64,000 nucleotides of DNA from assembly GCA_041651115.1 (NCBI GenBank), contig JBAZJY010000002.1:286855-350854 (forward strand). The letters are read 5' to 3'. The notes under the pieces were generated by a model that was not told where the DNA came from, did not search any database, and worked only from the letters and a program-made list of their open reading frames with translations. A program made the position numbers and the translations under genes. Positions 9,664-18,508 of the stretch are shown piece by piece (the stretch's first letter is position 1; each line of letters opens with the position of its first letter). The DNA is from Candidatus Omnitrophota bacterium. Its GTDB lineage: Bacteria; Omnitrophota; Gorgyraeia; Gygaellales; Profunditerraquicolaceae.

Positions 9664-10517
9664 TGGAAAGAAAGATAACTTTCAAAGCCGGCCCGCTCAC
9701 GCTCGTAGGAAGGAACTTAAAAGTCGGCAACATCGCGCCCGAATTTAACGTAGTTTCCCAGGACCTGGCTGCTGTGCGGCTTTCCGATCTGGGGGCAAAG
9801 ATTAAAGTAATTTCTTCTTTTCCTTCGCTGGATACGCCCGTATGCGACCTGCAGGTAAAGGAATTCAATAAAAGGGCAGCCGGTTTTTCCGATGAAGTGG
9901 TCGTGATCGGGATAAGCAAAGACCTGCCCTTTGCCCAGAAAAGATTTTGCCAGGAAAACAGCATAAAAAACGAGACCGTTCTTTCCGACTATAAATCTTC
10001 TTCTTTTGCCATAAACTACGGCCTGCTCATAAAAGAGCTCAATCTTTTAGCAAGGTCGGTTTTAATCATCGACAAAAACAATATTCTGCGCTATTTTAAG
10101 ATCGTGGGAGAACTGACCAGCCCTCCGGATTACAGCGATGCGCTTAAAAACCTTGAGGAAGTCATAAAAATTCCGCTGCAGGCAGCTTCGAGGCCGGCTT
10201 TACCTGCGCGCTGTAAACCTTGCGAAATCGGCACTCCGCCGCTTTCCGAAGAAAAGATAGAGAAGCTGATTGCCGGATGCCCAGGGTGGGAATTAGTTGA
10301 AGGGAAAAAGATAACCCGGGAACTCAAATTCAAGGATTTCGCGGAGGCAAAATATTTTCTGGACATTGTTGCGCTGATCGCCGAAGAACAGGGGCATCAT
10401 CCGGCGTTGGCTATAATTTATAATAAGCTCAAAATCACGCTGACGACTCATGCATCCGGGGGGCTTACGGAAAACGATTTTATTATGGCCGGGATGATCA
10501 ATGAGCTGGAGGGATAA
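9663..10517 (+). CDS. Fusion protein: thiol peroxidase (Tpx, atypical 2-Cys peroxiredoxin) + pterin-4a-carbinolamine dehydratase (PCD/DCoH)-like domain
   Basis: 284 aa; residues 1-165 align to Tpx (FPSLDTPVC peroxidatic Cys, DLPFAQKRFC resolving Cys, EPDY); residues about 200-284 align to PCD (GWELVEGKKITRELKFKDF...EEQGHHP...TTHASGGLTENDF); linker with CKPC. Confidence 0.75.
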   Translation: MERKITFKAGPLTLVGRNLKVGNIAPEFNVVSQDLAAVRLSDLGAKIKVISSFPSLDTPVCDLQVKEFNKRAAGFSDEVVVIGISKDLPFAQKRFCQENSIKNETVLSDYKSSSFAINYGLLIKELNLLARSVLIIDKNNILRYFKIVGELTSPPDYSDALKNLEEVIKIPLQAASRPALPARCKPCEIGTPPLSEEKIEKLIAGCPGWELVEGKKITRELKFKDFAEAKYFLDIVALIAEEQGHHPALAIIYNKLKITLTTHASGGLTENDFIMAGMINELEG

Positions 10518-10519
10518 AT

Positions 10520-11026
10520 ATGAAGAAAGTGGCTGTTTTAGTTGAAGATCATTATCAGGTCCTGGAAGTATGGTATCCCTATCTACGGCTGCGCGAAGAA
10601 GGCATAGAAACCGTCCTTATCGGTACGGGAAAAAAACAATACTCAAGTAAAGAAGGTTATCCTGCTGAAGCAGAGTTGTCCATAAGGGATGCCAATGTTA
10701 CTGATTTTTCCGGCGTGATCATTCCCGGAGGGTATGCCCCTGACATATTAAGGCGGCATAAGGAAATAAACGATTTTGTGAAAGCAATGGATAAGGCAAA
10801 TAAGCTGGTTGCCGCGATCTGCCATGCGGGATGGGTACTGGTATCTGCTGGCGTGTTAAAGGGCCGCAAGGCAACTTGTTTTTCCGCGATAAAAGACGAT
10901 GTGATAAATGCCGGAGCTGAATATAGCGACAAGGAAGTTGTCGTAGACCGTAACCTTATTACGTCACGTAATCCTTATGACCTGCCGGCTTTTTGCCGGG
11001 AGATCATCAGGTATTTAAAGGGTTAA
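10520..11026 (+). CDS. DJ-1/PfpI family protein (class I glutamine amidotransferase-like)
   Basis: 168 aa; nucleophile elbow AAICHAGWVL, PGGYAP motif. Confidence 0.8.
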   Translation: MKKVAVLVEDHYQVLEVWYPYLRLREEGIETVLIGTGKKQYSSKEGYPAEAELSIRDANVTDFSGVIIPGGYAPDILRRHKEINDFVKAMDKANKLVAAICHAGWVLVSAGVLKGRKATCFSAIKDDVINAGAEYSDKEVVVDRNLITSRNPYDLPAFCREIIRYLKG

Positions 11027-11033
11027 ATCGGTT

Positions 11034-11921
11034 ATGAGTTTAGAACATTATCATTTGCATCATCGGTTGAATAAGCTTTCCCGTTTACGGCTGGCGCTAT
11101 TTTTGACCGGTTCAGGCATGGTCATTGAATTTGCCGGAGGCCTGCTTTCTAATAGCCTTGCCTTAGTTTCCGATGCCTGGCACATGGTAACGCATTTGTT
11201 TGCCCTGGGCATGAGTTATTTTGCCATCGTCCTTGCCTTAAGGCCGGTTACCAAACAGCATACTTACGGTTTATACCGGGCGGAGATCCTCGCGGCATTC
11301 ATTAACGGCATAGTCTTGATCTTTATTTCCGGGTATCTGGTATATGAAGCGGTAATGCGCTTTATCCATCCCGAAGAAGTAAAGATATTAGAAATGTTTT
11401 TAGTGGCGGTCATTGGCCTTATTATCAACGGCGCGAGTATTTATCTTCTTTCGCGCTCCGGTTCACATGACCTGAATATACGCAGCGCCATACTTCATGA
11501 AATAGGCGACCTTATATCAAGTGTTGCCGTAGTCGTCGGCGCCTTGTTTATTTTTTATACCCGAAATTACCTCATTGACGCGCTATTGACGTTCTTTATT
11601 GCCATCCTGATCGTTATCTGGTCAATAAAGCTGCTGGTTGATTCGGCGCATATCTTGCTTGAGGCTGCACCTAAGCATCTTGATATTGACTTGCTAGTCA
11701 CTCTGCTCAAGGATGAAATTCCCGGGATACATGAGGTGCATCATGTGCATGCCTGGACTATTGCTACGTCAATGTACGCGCTTACTGCGCACGTGGTGAT
11801 TGACGACTGTCATGTGAGTAAAGCCAACGATATTCTAATTAAGGTAAACGACCTGCTCAAAAAGAAATTTAATATTGAACATACAAATATTCAGTTTGAA
11901 TGTTTGATTAAAAAGGCATAA
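11034..11921 (+). CDS. Cation diffusion facilitator (CDF) family metal exporter (CzcD-like)
   Basis: 295 aa; His-rich N-terminus, 6 TM, HxxxD-type sites (SDAWHMVTH, HEIGD), C-terminal cytoplasmic domain. Confidence 0.8.
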   Translation: MSLEHYHLHHRLNKLSRLRLALFLTGSGMVIEFAGGLLSNSLALVSDAWHMVTHLFALGMSYFAIVLALRPVTKQHTYGLYRAEILAAFINGIVLIFISGYLVYEAVMRFIHPEEVKILEMFLVAVIGLIINGASIYLLSRSGSHDLNIRSAILHEIGDLISSVAVVVGALFIFYTRNYLIDALLTFFIAILIVIWSIKLLVDSAHILLEAAPKHLDIDLLVTLLKDEIPGIHEVHHVHAWTIATSMYALTAHVVIDDCHVSKANDILIKVNDLLKKKFNIEHTNIQFECLIKKA

Positions 11922-11946
11922 CGCCTAATCCGATAGGAGGATAAAA

Positions 11947-12138
11947 ATGAAAGCAGTAGTTAATCCAGAAATATGCATCGGCTGTACGCTTTGCGTAGGC
12001 ACATGCGCGGAAGTATTCCGGATGGAAGGGGACAAGGCAGTTGCCAACCGCGATCCGGTGCCGCCGAATTTATATGATTGCTGCAGAAGGGCTGCGGAAG
12101 AATGCCCGGTAGCGGCAATAGAGATTACCGAGGATTAA
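11947..12138 (+). CDS. Small [4Fe-4S] ferredoxin
   Basis: 63 aa; CIGCTLCVGTC...CP motif; precedes korAB. Confidence 0.75.
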   Translation: MKAVVNPEICIGCTLCVGTCAEVFRMEGDKAVANRDPVPPNLYDCCRRAAEECPVAAIEITED

Positions 12139-12154
12139 CAGGAGGCAGGAAAGG

Positions 12155-13828
12155 ATGAACGATGTTTCTATCCTTATCGGCGGTAAAGCCGGCTTTGGCA
12201 TAGATGCCGCCAGCCTGATTATCGGCGCCATACTAAATAAGCTGGGCTATCGCATCTATATCTACCGCGAGTATCCATCTCTTATCCGGGGCGGCCATAC
12301 GTTTTCCATTATCCGCGGCTGCCGGGAAAAGGTCTATACCCACCGCAATAAAATTGATTTTCTTCTTGCCTTAAATCAGGACACGTTCAACTTTCATAAG
12401 GATAAATTAAGAGACAACGGGGTTGTGGTTTATGACTCTGATGTGGTGAACATCGGCGATCTGCAGCCCGGTATGCAGGTTCTGGCTATTCCGGCTTCAA
12501 AAGTAGCCAAAGAAGAGAATGCCGCCGAAATTATGCGTAATACCTGTTTGATCGGAGCATTTTGTAAGGCTGCGGGCATAGGCTGGCCTATCCTGGAACA
12601 AGTATTTAAGAAGCGCATACCCAGAGAAACCGAGCAGAATTTAAAGGTTGCCTCGGTTGCTTATAACGAGGCGCATGAATTAGTAAAAATCCCCGGCTTG
12701 GATCAACCGGCATTGCCTATTATTACCGGCAACGAAGCTATTGGTTTAGGGTTAGTTGCAGCCGGCCTGAATGCTTACATTGCTTATCCTATGACCCCGT
12801 CTTCTGCTATCCTGCATTTTTTAGCCGGCATTACCGATAAAATCCCCTTAAAAGTCATCCATCCGGAGAGCGAGATCGCCGTAATGCTTATGGCATTAGG
12901 TGCTGCTTATGCCGGAGATAAGGTTGCTGTCGGCACTTCAGGCGGCGGATTCTGCCTGATGACCGAAGGCCTCAGCCTTAGCGCAATGGCAGAGCTTCCG
13001 GTCACGATTGTCTTGGGACAGAGAACCGGGCCAAGTACCGGCCTTCCGACTTATACCGGCCAGACAGAGCTACAATTTGCTTTAAGCGCCGGCCACGGCG
13101 AATTCAGTCGCTTTGTGGTTGCTCCCGGAGACGCCGAAGAAGCGTATTTCTGGTCGGCAGCCGCGTTAAACATGTCTTCCAAATATCAGATCCCGTCCAT
13201 TATTTTATCGGATAAGACCCTTGCCGAAGGCACGTATAGTTTTGATATTGCATCAGCCGGCGAAGTCAGCGCAGAGAAATTCCTTTTATGGGATAGGCAG
13301 GGGCAATATAAAAGATATCTGGATGCAGAAAACGGCGTATCTGGCCTGGCTTTTCCTTCGGATAAGGACGCGGTAGTAAAAATAAACAGCTACGAGCATG
13401 ACGAATACGGGATTACCACCGAAGACCCGGCAATCACCGTTAAAATGCAGGAAAAACGGCTGTGTAAAGGCGAATGCCTTAGCCAAGAATTAGAGAATTA
13501 TAAAACCGTGAACGTATACGGCAATGCTAAATCTAAAACAGCAGTACTTTGCTGGGGATCAAATAAGGGCGTTTGTATTGAAGCGGCAGAGAGCCTCGGA
13601 TTAAAAGTCATCCAGCCTGTGGTATTGTGGCCGTTTTCCGTTGGACAGTTCAAGCTCGCCCTAAAAGGCGTTAAACAGCTGATCTGCGTAGAAAACAGCG
13701 CTACTGGCCAGTTACCGGCTTTACTTAACAGTTTTGGCATTAAGACGGATAAAATGATCTTAAAATACGACGGTAGGCCGTTTGAATTGGCCGAGCTTGA
13801 AGCAAAGATTAAAGAGGCAATAAAATGA
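12155..13828 (+). CDS. korA: 2-oxoacid:ferredoxin oxidoreductase, fused gamma-alpha subunit
   Basis: 557 aa; N-terminal gamma-like domain plus alpha core (GNEAIGLG, YPMTPSS motifs). Confidence 0.8.
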   Translation: MNDVSILIGGKAGFGIDAASLIIGAILNKLGYRIYIYREYPSLIRGGHTFSIIRGCREKVYTHRNKIDFLLALNQDTFNFHKDKLRDNGVVVYDSDVVNIGDLQPGMQVLAIPASKVAKEENAAEIMRNTCLIGAFCKAAGIGWPILEQVFKKRIPRETEQNLKVASVAYNEAHELVKIPGLDQPALPIITGNEAIGLGLVAAGLNAYIAYPMTPSSAILHFLAGITDKIPLKVIHPESEIAVMLMALGAAYAGDKVAVGTSGGGFCLMTEGLSLSAMAELPVTIVLGQRTGPSTGLPTYTGQTELQFALSAGHGEFSRFVVAPGDAEEAYFWSAAALNMSSKYQIPSIILSDKTLAEGTYSFDIASAGEVSAEKFLLWDRQGQYKRYLDAENGVSGLAFPSDKDAVVKINSYEHDEYGITTEDPAITVKMQEKRLCKGECLSQELENYKTVNVYGNAKSKTAVLCWGSNKGVCIEAAESLGLKVIQPVVLWPFSVGQFKLALKGVKQLICVENSATGQLPALLNSFGIKTDKMILKYDGRPFELAELEAKIKEAIK

Positions 13829-14676
13829 GTGATAAGAATTTAAATACTTACGCCGTCAACACATGGTGCCCGGGTTGCGGCAACTTTTCCATACTTAACG
13901 CGATCAAGTCCGTACTTTTGTCTTTGGCGCAGGAAGGGCTTGGCCTGGAAAACGTAGTTTTGGTGTCCGGCATAGGATGCCACGCAAAGATCGTGGATTA
14001 CATAGACGTAAACAGTTTTTATTCCATACACGGCAGGGCAACCCCGGCTGCCAGCGCGATAAAGATCAGCCGTCCGGGATTAAAAGTGATCGCTTTTGCC
14101 GGAGACGGAGACGCTTACGGCGAGGGTTTAGAACATTTAATATTTGCCGCAAAGCGTAATGTTGATATCACGATGATCATCCATAATAACCGTGTTTACG
14201 GGCTGACCACCGGCCAATACACACCTACCTCGCCGTTGGGTTTTAAAGGAAAGTCCACTCCGATGGGGACAAAAGAATCGCCGATAAATCCGCTTGAGTT
14301 GATGCTTTCCTGTGGCGCAGGCTTTATCAGCCGCGGCACGTCCCACGGTATAGAGCTGCTCAAAAAAATCTTTAAAGAAGCGATACTTCATAAGGGGTTT
14401 TCCATCGTAGACGTGCTACAGGTTTGCGTAACGTATTATAATATGTATGAATATTACGATAAGCGCGTTTATGAGCTTACCGGCCATAATCCGCAGGATT
14501 ACAAGCTGGCTATGGATAAAATACGCGAGTGGGATTATAATAAAGACGCTCCTATTGGTTTGGGGGTTTTTTACAAAAAAGAGTCAGCTGTATTCGAAGA
14601 AGGTTTTCCCAGGGCAGCTACAGCGGACACGGAGAGGCCGGAAAAAATAAAGCAAATCCTGGCGGGTAGGCTTTAG
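13825..14676 (+). CDS. korB: 2-oxoacid:ferredoxin oxidoreductase, beta (TPP-binding) subunit
   Basis: 283 aa; CPGCG N-terminal Cys cluster, TPP motif GDGDAYGEG...NN; start overlaps korA stop. Confidence 0.85.
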   Translation: MSDKNLNTYAVNTWCPGCGNFSILNAIKSVLLSLAQEGLGLENVVLVSGIGCHAKIVDYIDVNSFYSIHGRATPAASAIKISRPGLKVIAFAGDGDAYGEGLEHLIFAAKRNVDITMIIHNNRVYGLTTGQYTPTSPLGFKGKSTPMGTKESPINPLELMLSCGAGFISRGTSHGIELLKKIFKEAILHKGFSIVDVLQVCVTYYNMYEYYDKRVYELTGHNPQDYKLAMDKIREWDYNKDAPIGLGVFYKKESAVFEEGFPRAATADTERPEKIKQILAGRL

Positions 14677-14751
14677 CACCCGAACCTAAAATGCACCTTG
14701 CCCTATCGGATGGGCAAGTGTCCCGCCTACTGCGGGAATGGTTCGGTGTGC
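14676..14751 (+). promoter_or_regulatory. Composite hairpin element 2: outer stem GCACCCGAACC/GGTTCGGTGTGC enclosing hairpin CTTGCCC-TATCGGAT-GGGCAAG and hairpin CCCGC-CTACT-GCGGG; begins at korB stop codon
   Basis: Read directly; same outer stem sequence and same ATCGGATG loop as element at 15970-16000; followed by small hairpin and SD AAGAGG before fprA ATG. Confidence 0.45.
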
Positions 14752-14775
14752 ACTTGCTGTGCAAAGAGGCACATT

Positions 14776-15963
14776 ATGGCACGTATAGAGATCAAAAAAA
14801 ATATATTCTGGGTAGGCGCAGTTGACTGGAACATCAAGAATTTTCACGGCCATACCTATACGACAACAAGGGGTACGACTTATAACGCTTATTTGGTTAT
14901 TGATGATAAGATCGCCCTGGTAGATACTGTTTACGGCCCGTTCAGCGCAGAGCTCATTGAGAGAATAAGGCAGGTTATTGACCCGGCAAAGATAGATTAT
15001 ATTATAGCAAACCACGTAGAGACTGATCATTCAGGCGCTATGCCGGAGATCATGAAGCTCTGCCCCAAGGCAAAAGTTTTAGGCACAGCTAAATGCAAAG
15101 AAGGCCTATACAGAAATTATTACGGCAATTGGGATTTTCAAGTCGTAAAAACCGGGGATAAGCTGGAATTAGGCAAGAGGACCTTGTCTTTTATTGAAGC
15201 GCCGATGATCCATTGGCCGGATAGCATGTTTACTTATTGTCCTGAAGAGAAGCTTTTAATGCCCAATGATGCTTTTGGCCAGCACTATGCAACGGCAGAA
15301 AGATTTGATGATGAGGTAAGTGATTGCGAACTGATGGATGAGGCGGAAAAATATTACGCTAATATCCTCTGGCCGCTAAGCGCGATCATTGGCAAAAAAC
15401 TTGAAGAAATAATCAGTATGAATATTCCTATTGATATGATCGCGCCCAGCCACGGCATAATCTGGCGCAAGGACCCAAAAAAGATCATCAATGCGTATTC
15501 CTCGTGGGTAAAGAATACAACCCAGCCCAAAGCAGTCGTGCTTTATGAAACCATGTGGCGCTCCACGGAAATAATGGCGCGTAGAATCGCAGATGGCATT
15601 ATTGATTCCGGGATAATGGCAAAGGTTATTGATATAACGCAGGCTGACCGTACGGAAACGATCAAGGCATTATTCCAGGCAAAAGGTTATGTTATAGGCT
15701 CGTCCACCCACGATAACGACATGTTGCCGAATTTAGCAGGGTTCCTCGAGTTTCTTAAAGGGCTTAAGCCTCAAAATCGGCTTGCTGCGGCATTTGGTTC
15801 GTATGGTTGGGCAGGGGGTGCCGTAAAAAATATTGAGTCGGTATTGGGCGCTTCAGGGATCAAGATCGTCCAGCCGGGGCTGGGTATTCAATACGTCCCG
15901 GATCAGGCCGGCCTGCAACAATGTTATGATTTCGGGAAGAGTTTTGCGGAAAACGTGAAATAG
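14776..15963 (+). CDS. fprA: Flavodiiron protein (rubredoxin:oxygen/NO oxidoreductase)
   Basis: 395 aa from ATG 14776 (the ORF-track start at 14698 would translate through the structured element; rejected); metallo-beta-lactamase-like diiron domain (HVETDHSG) + C-terminal flavodoxin domain. Confidence 0.85.
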   Translation: MARIEIKKNIFWVGAVDWNIKNFHGHTYTTTRGTTYNAYLVIDDKIALVDTVYGPFSAELIERIRQVIDPAKIDYIIANHVETDHSGAMPEIMKLCPKAKVLGTAKCKEGLYRNYYGNWDFQVVKTGDKLELGKRTLSFIEAPMIHWPDSMFTYCPEEKLLMPNDAFGQHYATAERFDDEVSDCELMDEAEKYYANILWPLSAIIGKKLEEIISMNIPIDMIAPSHGIIWRKDPKKIINAYSSWVKNTTQPKAVVLYETMWRSTEIMARRIADGIIDSGIMAKVIDITQADRTETIKALFQAKGYVIGSSTHDNDMLPNLAGFLEFLKGLKPQNRLAAAFGSYGWAGGAVKNIESVLGASGIKIVQPGLGIQYVPDQAGLQQCYDFGKSFAENVK

Positions 15964-15969
15964 CAAGTA

Positions 15970-16000
15970 GCACCCGAACCTATCGGATGGTTCGGTGTGC
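15970..16000 (+). promoter_or_regulatory. Hairpin 3: GCACCCGAACC-TATCGGAT-GGTTCGGTGTGC, directly after fprA stop, followed by GCGC hairpin and SD AAGGAGG
   Basis: Read directly; loop identical to hairpins 1 and 2. Confidence 0.45.
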
Positions 16001-16025
16001 GCTTAACTGCGCAAAGGAGGACGAT

Positions 16026-16091
16026 ATGGGTTGCGGATGTTGCGGAGCAGCAAAGAAGAAGCCGAAAAAGAAAGCAAAGAAGAGAAAATAA
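16026..16091 (+). CDS. Candidate 21-aa peptide MGCGCCGAAKKKPKKKAKKRK (Cys-rich N-terminus, polybasic tail)
   Basis: ATG 5 nt after perfect SD AAGGAGG; shares CGCCG motif and nucleotide string TGCGGATG(C/T)TGCGG with the 4363 peptide; not in supplied ORF track (<60 aa). Confidence 0.35.
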   Translation: MGCGCCGAAKKKPKKKAKKRK

Positions 16092-16165
16092 ACATTATTG
16101 CCTTAACCGGCTTTGGCTTATAACCCGAGCCGGTTGAGGCAGCATCAACAACAGGAGATCTTAGT

Positions 16166-16324
16166 ATGGCTAAATATCGTTGCACTGTTTGCGGTTATGT
16201 TTATGATCCTGCTGCCGGAGACGCGACTCAAGGCATTGCCCCGGGCACAGCGTTTGAAAGCCTTCCTGCGGGATGGACCTGCCCTGAATGCGGAGTAGGC
16301 AAGGACATGTTTGAAAAAATTTAA
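16166..16324 (+). CDS. Rubredoxin
   Basis: 52 aa [15 protein letters not shown]...[17 protein letters not shown]; two CxxCG knuckles; SD ACAGGAG upstream; not in ORF track (<60 aa). Confidence 0.85.
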   Translation: MAKYRCTVCGYVYDPAAGDATQGIAPGTAFESLPAGWTCPECGVGKDMFEKI

Positions 16325-16331
16325 AGCCGGC

Positions 16332-16805
16332 ATGAAAAGAATCCCAGAAGACATCGTGCATTTTTTTCGGGAACAAGGGTTTGTCATTGTTTCTACGTTA
16401 GATGACCGGGGCCGGCCTCATAATTCCTGTAAAGGGATAATAAATATCTCGCCGTCCGGGAAAGTTTACCTGCTGGATGTTTACCTGAAAAATACTTATA
16501 GTAACCTTAAACGTAACTCAAATGTCAGTATTACCGCTGTTGACGAGCATAAATTCAAAGGCTACTGCCTTAAGGGCAAGGCTAACATTATTAATCGCGA
16601 GCAGATCAATCCGCAGATAAGAAAAGAATGGGATGGTCGCATTGCCGGCAGGATCACGCAGCGGCTGATCAAAAATATCCGCGAACAAAAAGGGCATCCG
16701 AAGCACCCGGAAGCGCTCCTGCCGCATCCGGAATATATGATCGTGATGGAAGTCAGCGAGATCGTTGACCTGACTCCCCATAATTTAAAAGGAGAGGTCC
16801 AGTAA
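16332..16805 (+). CDS. Pyridoxamine 5'-phosphate oxidase-like FMN-binding split-barrel protein (flavin reductase-like)
   Basis: 157 aa from ATG 16332 (track start 16311 is a TTG overlapping rubredoxin); split-barrel pattern; oxidative-stress operon context. Confidence 0.5.
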   Translation: MKRIPEDIVHFFREQGFVIVSTLDDRGRPHNSCKGIINISPSGKVYLLDVYLKNTYSNLKRNSNVSITAVDEHKFKGYCLKGKANIINREQINPQIRKEWDGRIAGRITQRLIKNIREQKGHPKHPEALLPHPEYMIVMEVSEIVDLTPHNLKGEVQ

Positions 16806-17281
16806 TGGGAAATATATTTGCCGCCAGCGAGATCGTAGAGATCGGCATTCAGATTGAAAAGAACGGCAGGGATTTTTATAATGTGCTTTGCCGTAAGTCA
16901 AAAGACCAGAATGCCGTAGAGGTTTTTAAATTCTTGTCAGGAGAAGAGGAAAAGCATATCCAGGTTTTTAAAAGTATCCTTGAGACGACCGAGAAATACG
17001 AGCCGCCTCAAGCGTATGCCGATGAGTATTTTGCGTATATGAACGTGCTGGCAAGCGAATATGTCTTTACCCAAAAGGATAAAGGCGCTGAAATGGCCGG
17101 CAAGATCAAAAGCGACAAAGAAGCCGTGGAGATAGGCATTGGTTTTGAAAAAGACTCAATAATCTTTTATGAAGGGATGAAAAAGGCAGTGCCGGAATAC
17201 AATGTATCCATAGTAGAAGAATTAATACATCAGGAGCAGAAACATTTACAGCAGCTGGTAAAATTAAAGGAGAAAATATGA
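16805..17281 (+). CDS. Rubrerythrin-family ferritin-like diiron protein (no rubredoxin domain)
   Basis: 158 aa; two ExxH-type diiron motifs (EEEKH, EQKH) in four-helix-bundle pattern. Confidence 0.6.
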   Translation: MGNIFAASEIVEIGIQIEKNGRDFYNVLCRKSKDQNAVEVFKFLSGEEEKHIQVFKSILETTEKYEPPQAYADEYFAYMNVLASEYVFTQKDKGAEMAGKIKSDKEAVEIGIGFEKDSIIFYEGMKKAVPEYNVSIVEELIHQEQKHLQQLVKLKEKI

Positions 17282-17514
17282 CCAAGAGCGTGAAGGTTTA
17301 CAGTACTTCCACCTGCCCTTATTGCATCCGCGTAAAGCAGTTCTTAAAAGATAATAATATTGCCTTTGAAGACGTTGATGTCGCGTCTAACGAGAAGGAA
17401 GCTGAGCTAATGGTGGAAAAATCCGGCCAGATGGGCGTGCCGGTGCTGGACATAGATGGCGAGATTATTGTCGGTTTTGATAAGGAGAGAATAAAAGAGG
17501 CGCTGGGACTATAA
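17278..17514 (+). CDS. Glutaredoxin-like protein
   Basis: 78 aa; CPYC active site, GVPVLDIDGE thioredoxin-fold motif. Confidence 0.75.
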   Translation: MTKSVKVYSTSTCPYCIRVKQFLKDNNIAFEDVDVASNEKEAELMVEKSGQMGVPVLDIDGEIIVGFDKERIKEALGL

Positions 17515-17515
17515 T

Positions 17516-18427
17516 ATGTATGACCTGATTATCATCGGAGCAGGGCCGGCAGGCATTACTGCCGCTGTCTATGCCGCCCGCAAGAGGATCAAACAGCTGG
17601 TCATTAGCATGGATATCGGCGGCCAGGCAGCATGGAGCGGCGACATTGAAAACTACACCGGCTATCAATTTATTTCCGGGCCTGAACTGGCAGCTAAGTT
17701 TGAAGAGCATATGCGCAAGTTTGAGATAGAATTGAAGGAACAGGAAACGGTTACGCAAGTCTTGAGGTCCGGAGACAAGATATTGGTTAAGACTAATAAG
17801 ACTGAATATGCGGCAGCAAGCGTGATCATTGCCTCGGGCAAAAGGACGCGGGAATTAGGCGTGCCGGGTGAAACAGAGTTTAAGAATAAGGGCCTGACTT
17901 ATTGCGCGACCTGCGACGCGCCGCTGTTTTCCGGAAAGAACGTGGCGGTTATTGGCGGAGGCAATTCCGCGTTGGACGCCGCTATACAGCTGATGCGCAT
18001 TGCAAAACATGTATACATCATTAATATTGCCGCGGCTTTAACGGGTGACGCGATAATGCAGGAGCAGGTAAATACAAGCCCGCTGGTTACGGTAATAAAC
18101 AACAGCCAGGTAACTGCTGTTTTGGGCGACAAAATGGTAAGCGCCATACAGATAAAAAAAGAAGGCAGGATTGAAACTATTCCTCTTGAAGGCATATTCG
18201 TAGAGATCGGCTTGATCCCGAATTCAGAATTCGCCAGTTCCATAGAAAAAAACCAGCTGGGAGAGATCAAGGTAAACTGCCGTAATGAAACCAGTATTGA
18301 AGGGATCTTTGCCGCCGGAGACGTTACCGACGTGCCGGAAAAACAGATCATCATTGCTGCAGGAGAAGGCTCAAAAGCCGCGCTTAGCGTTTTTCGTTAC
18401 CTCATCCAGCATCGCTTCGGGGCATAA
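17516..18427 (+). CDS. trxB: Thioredoxin-disulfide reductase
   Basis: 303 aa; FAD site IIGAGPAG, redox-active CATC (TYCATCDAPLF), NAD(P) site GGGNSA. Confidence 0.8.
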   Translation: MYDLIIIGAGPAGITAAVYAARKRIKQLVISMDIGGQAAWSGDIENYTGYQFISGPELAAKFEEHMRKFEIELKEQETVTQVLRSGDKILVKTNKTEYAAASVIIASGKRTRELGVPGETEFKNKGLTYCATCDAPLFSGKNVAVIGGGNSALDAAIQLMRIAKHVYIINIAAALTGDAIMQEQVNTSPLVTVINNSQVTAVLGDKMVSAIQIKKEGRIETIPLEGIFVEIGLIPNSEFASSIEKNQLGEIKVNCRNETSIEGIFAAGDVTDVPEKQIIIAAGEGSKAALSVFRYLIQHRFGA

Positions 18428-18508
18428 TACAGGAATCCTTTGACTTGCTTCTCGTTTTGTGTTAACATTTTTCAATTTACCCGCTTCAGTAAGAAGGGAG
18501 GTGAAAAA

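Noticed and set aside
14698-14775. Upstream extension of fprA (MPYRMGKCPAYCGNGSVCTCC...) in the ORF track
   Set aside because: The extension translates the structured hairpin element. An SD (AAGAGG) and ATG at 14776 give a canonical 395-aa flavodiiron protein.
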